From the NCBI GenBank assembly GCA_030704615.1, contig CM060731.1:86366001-86430000 (forward strand): a DNA stretch of 64,000 nt. Reading direction: 5' to 3'. Positions 62,632 through 64,000 of this stretch are shown here, piece by piece. Origin of the DNA: Takakia lepidozioides. Taxonomy: Eukaryota; Plantae; Bryophyta. A model generated the notes under the pieces. The model was not told the origin of the DNA and did not search any database. It saw nothing but the letters and a program-made list of their open reading frames with translations. A program made the translations under genes and the position numbers. How positions within the stretch are numbered: position 1 is the stretch's first letter; each line of letters opens with the position of its first letter.

Positions 62632-64000
62632 CTATGCCAAATTTCCAGTCAGGAAGGTAACGTATTTGCCTCCCGAAGTCGATGGTAATGTGATCTTCGA
62701 GTTTCCACCTGTTACTTCGTCAAACAAAGCCTCAGGTATGTTAACAGACATGGATCAAAAGCATGACGGACACCCCTGGTGTGTGGAGGACAACAAACTA
62801 TAGCGTAGGAATTGGGGGCCATCGAACAACGCACGAAGTTGGCAAGTGCGAGGTTCTCTATAACGACAGACCAAGGCTTAGTGGCACCACGGACTTGGAA
62901 CTGCGAAGGCCATCGATGATTGGAAGTCGCACATTGAAGTCGAGCATAATGTTTCAAGATACATGCATGAAGGTGGGAGCTCCGATTCCATATCGAGTAT
63001 GTATGACAATGATGGCCAATTCAGTGAACCAATAACATCTCCTGACAGTTTTTGCTAAGGGTGGATCCTGCCATATTCTCGGTGCAGACATGAACGTTTG
63101 CACAGACAAGTGCCAGGAATGTTAGTTAAAATGGTTAGATAACAAAGTTGACCTCATAAAGATAGGCCGCATTTCCGTTGTATCGGAGACAAAGCATCCC
63201 AGTGCACATTCCGAAACGGAAATGCGGTGCCGCATTCCCGATCGACATCGTCCTCTCTCTGAGTGTGAACGGAAATGCGGCACCGCATTTCTGTCAATTG
63301 GGAAACCAAACTAGTGCTGGAACGGAAATGCGATGCCGCATTTCAGTCCACTGTACAAGCAGGCACATGGTGAAACGGAAATGCGGTATCACATTTCGGT
63401 CAAATGGGACAAGGAAGACACGGTGGAACAGAAAAGCGACACCGCATTTCCGTCGACTGGGACACCTTCGATAGGCAAAACGGAAATGCGGTGCCGCATT
63501 TCCATCCGGTCTCTTACTTTCGATTGTTGTTGGACGAAAATGCGGCACCGCATTTCCGTCTGAGGTGAACCTTTGTATTTTCCAGAACTGAAATGCGGCG
63601 ACTCATTTCCGTCCAACATGTAAGTCCTGGGGGGGGCACCCGTGCGAGCTAGTGGAAATGAAGGGCAGGCCAAAGTTGGAGCCAAAAACAGTGATTCAGT
63701 GTGCGAATGAGAGTTTTTTGAGGGCATTGGATGGCCGGCCGGCCGCCAAGTTAGCACACATAAAGCAAATGGAAGGCCAGAAAGCGAAAGCTCTAAGGAA
63801 GACGACTGCAGAAGAGCCTGCAGACACTCCAGGATTTGTAGCCATGATGGATTTCTTTGCAATGACAAGTGAAGGAAAGAATTGTGTGAGGCGTGGAAAA
63901 CAGACAAACTGGTCATGTGATTTGATCATCTTGGATATTCCAGATGGAGAGCCTCTGGAAGGACTGGATATTGTGCCCTCTTGGAGCAAGTATTTCTGAG
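62632..64000 (+). mobile_element. Rearranged fragment of a third subfamily of the palindrome/MTase MULE, running off the window
   Basis: 62632-62785 is an inverted transposase piece (cf. 22935-23088); 62790-63140 resembles 23680-24020; ~8 palindromes at 63165-63612; 63627-64000 encodes ...NESFL...DTPGF...WSCDLIILDIPDGEPLEGL..VPSW. Confidence 0.85.

Overview
Eukaryotic plant nuclear DNA (GT-AG introns, PLS-class PPR genes; a seed-free land plant is my guess, not proven). The window is almost entirely a nest of transposons around decayed PLS-E PPR genes. Three elements can be delimited exactly from terminal repeats plus target-site duplications (TSDs). (1) A 16.1-kb CACTA/En-Spm element (44863-60958; 19-bp TIR, GCG TSD) splits a PPR gene. 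(2) A 14.3-kb Mutator-like element, MULE-2 (19276-33588; 9-bp TSD), sits inside an older Ulp1-carrying MULE. (3) A related 6.3-kb element, MULE-1 (5136-11438; 8-bp TSD), sits inside a non-autonomous CACTA. The most unusual signal is this MULE family. Divergent from its transposase it carries an intron-containing gene with a ParB/Srx-like domain (WDGNHR) and a beta-class N4C/N6A DNA-methyltransferase-like domain with a non-canonical catalytic motif (DIPD). The gene is surrounded and interrupted by dozens of 22-30-bp palindromes whose arms have changed symmetrically between subfamilies (GGAAATTCGGCGCCGAATTTCC vs GGAAATGCGGCGCCGCATTTCC). I infer a candidate transposon self-recognition or anti-silencing system (ParB-parS-like, analogous to VANC). 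Other cargo: a divergent pair of unknown ~187-aa paralogues in MULE-2, an FCP1/NIF-like phosphatase domain within the CACTA TnpA region, a MULE-1 MTase gene fragment captured by the CACTA, and an SFT2 mRNA-like fragment inside a gypsy remnant. All domain calls come from reading motifs by eye, not from database searches.
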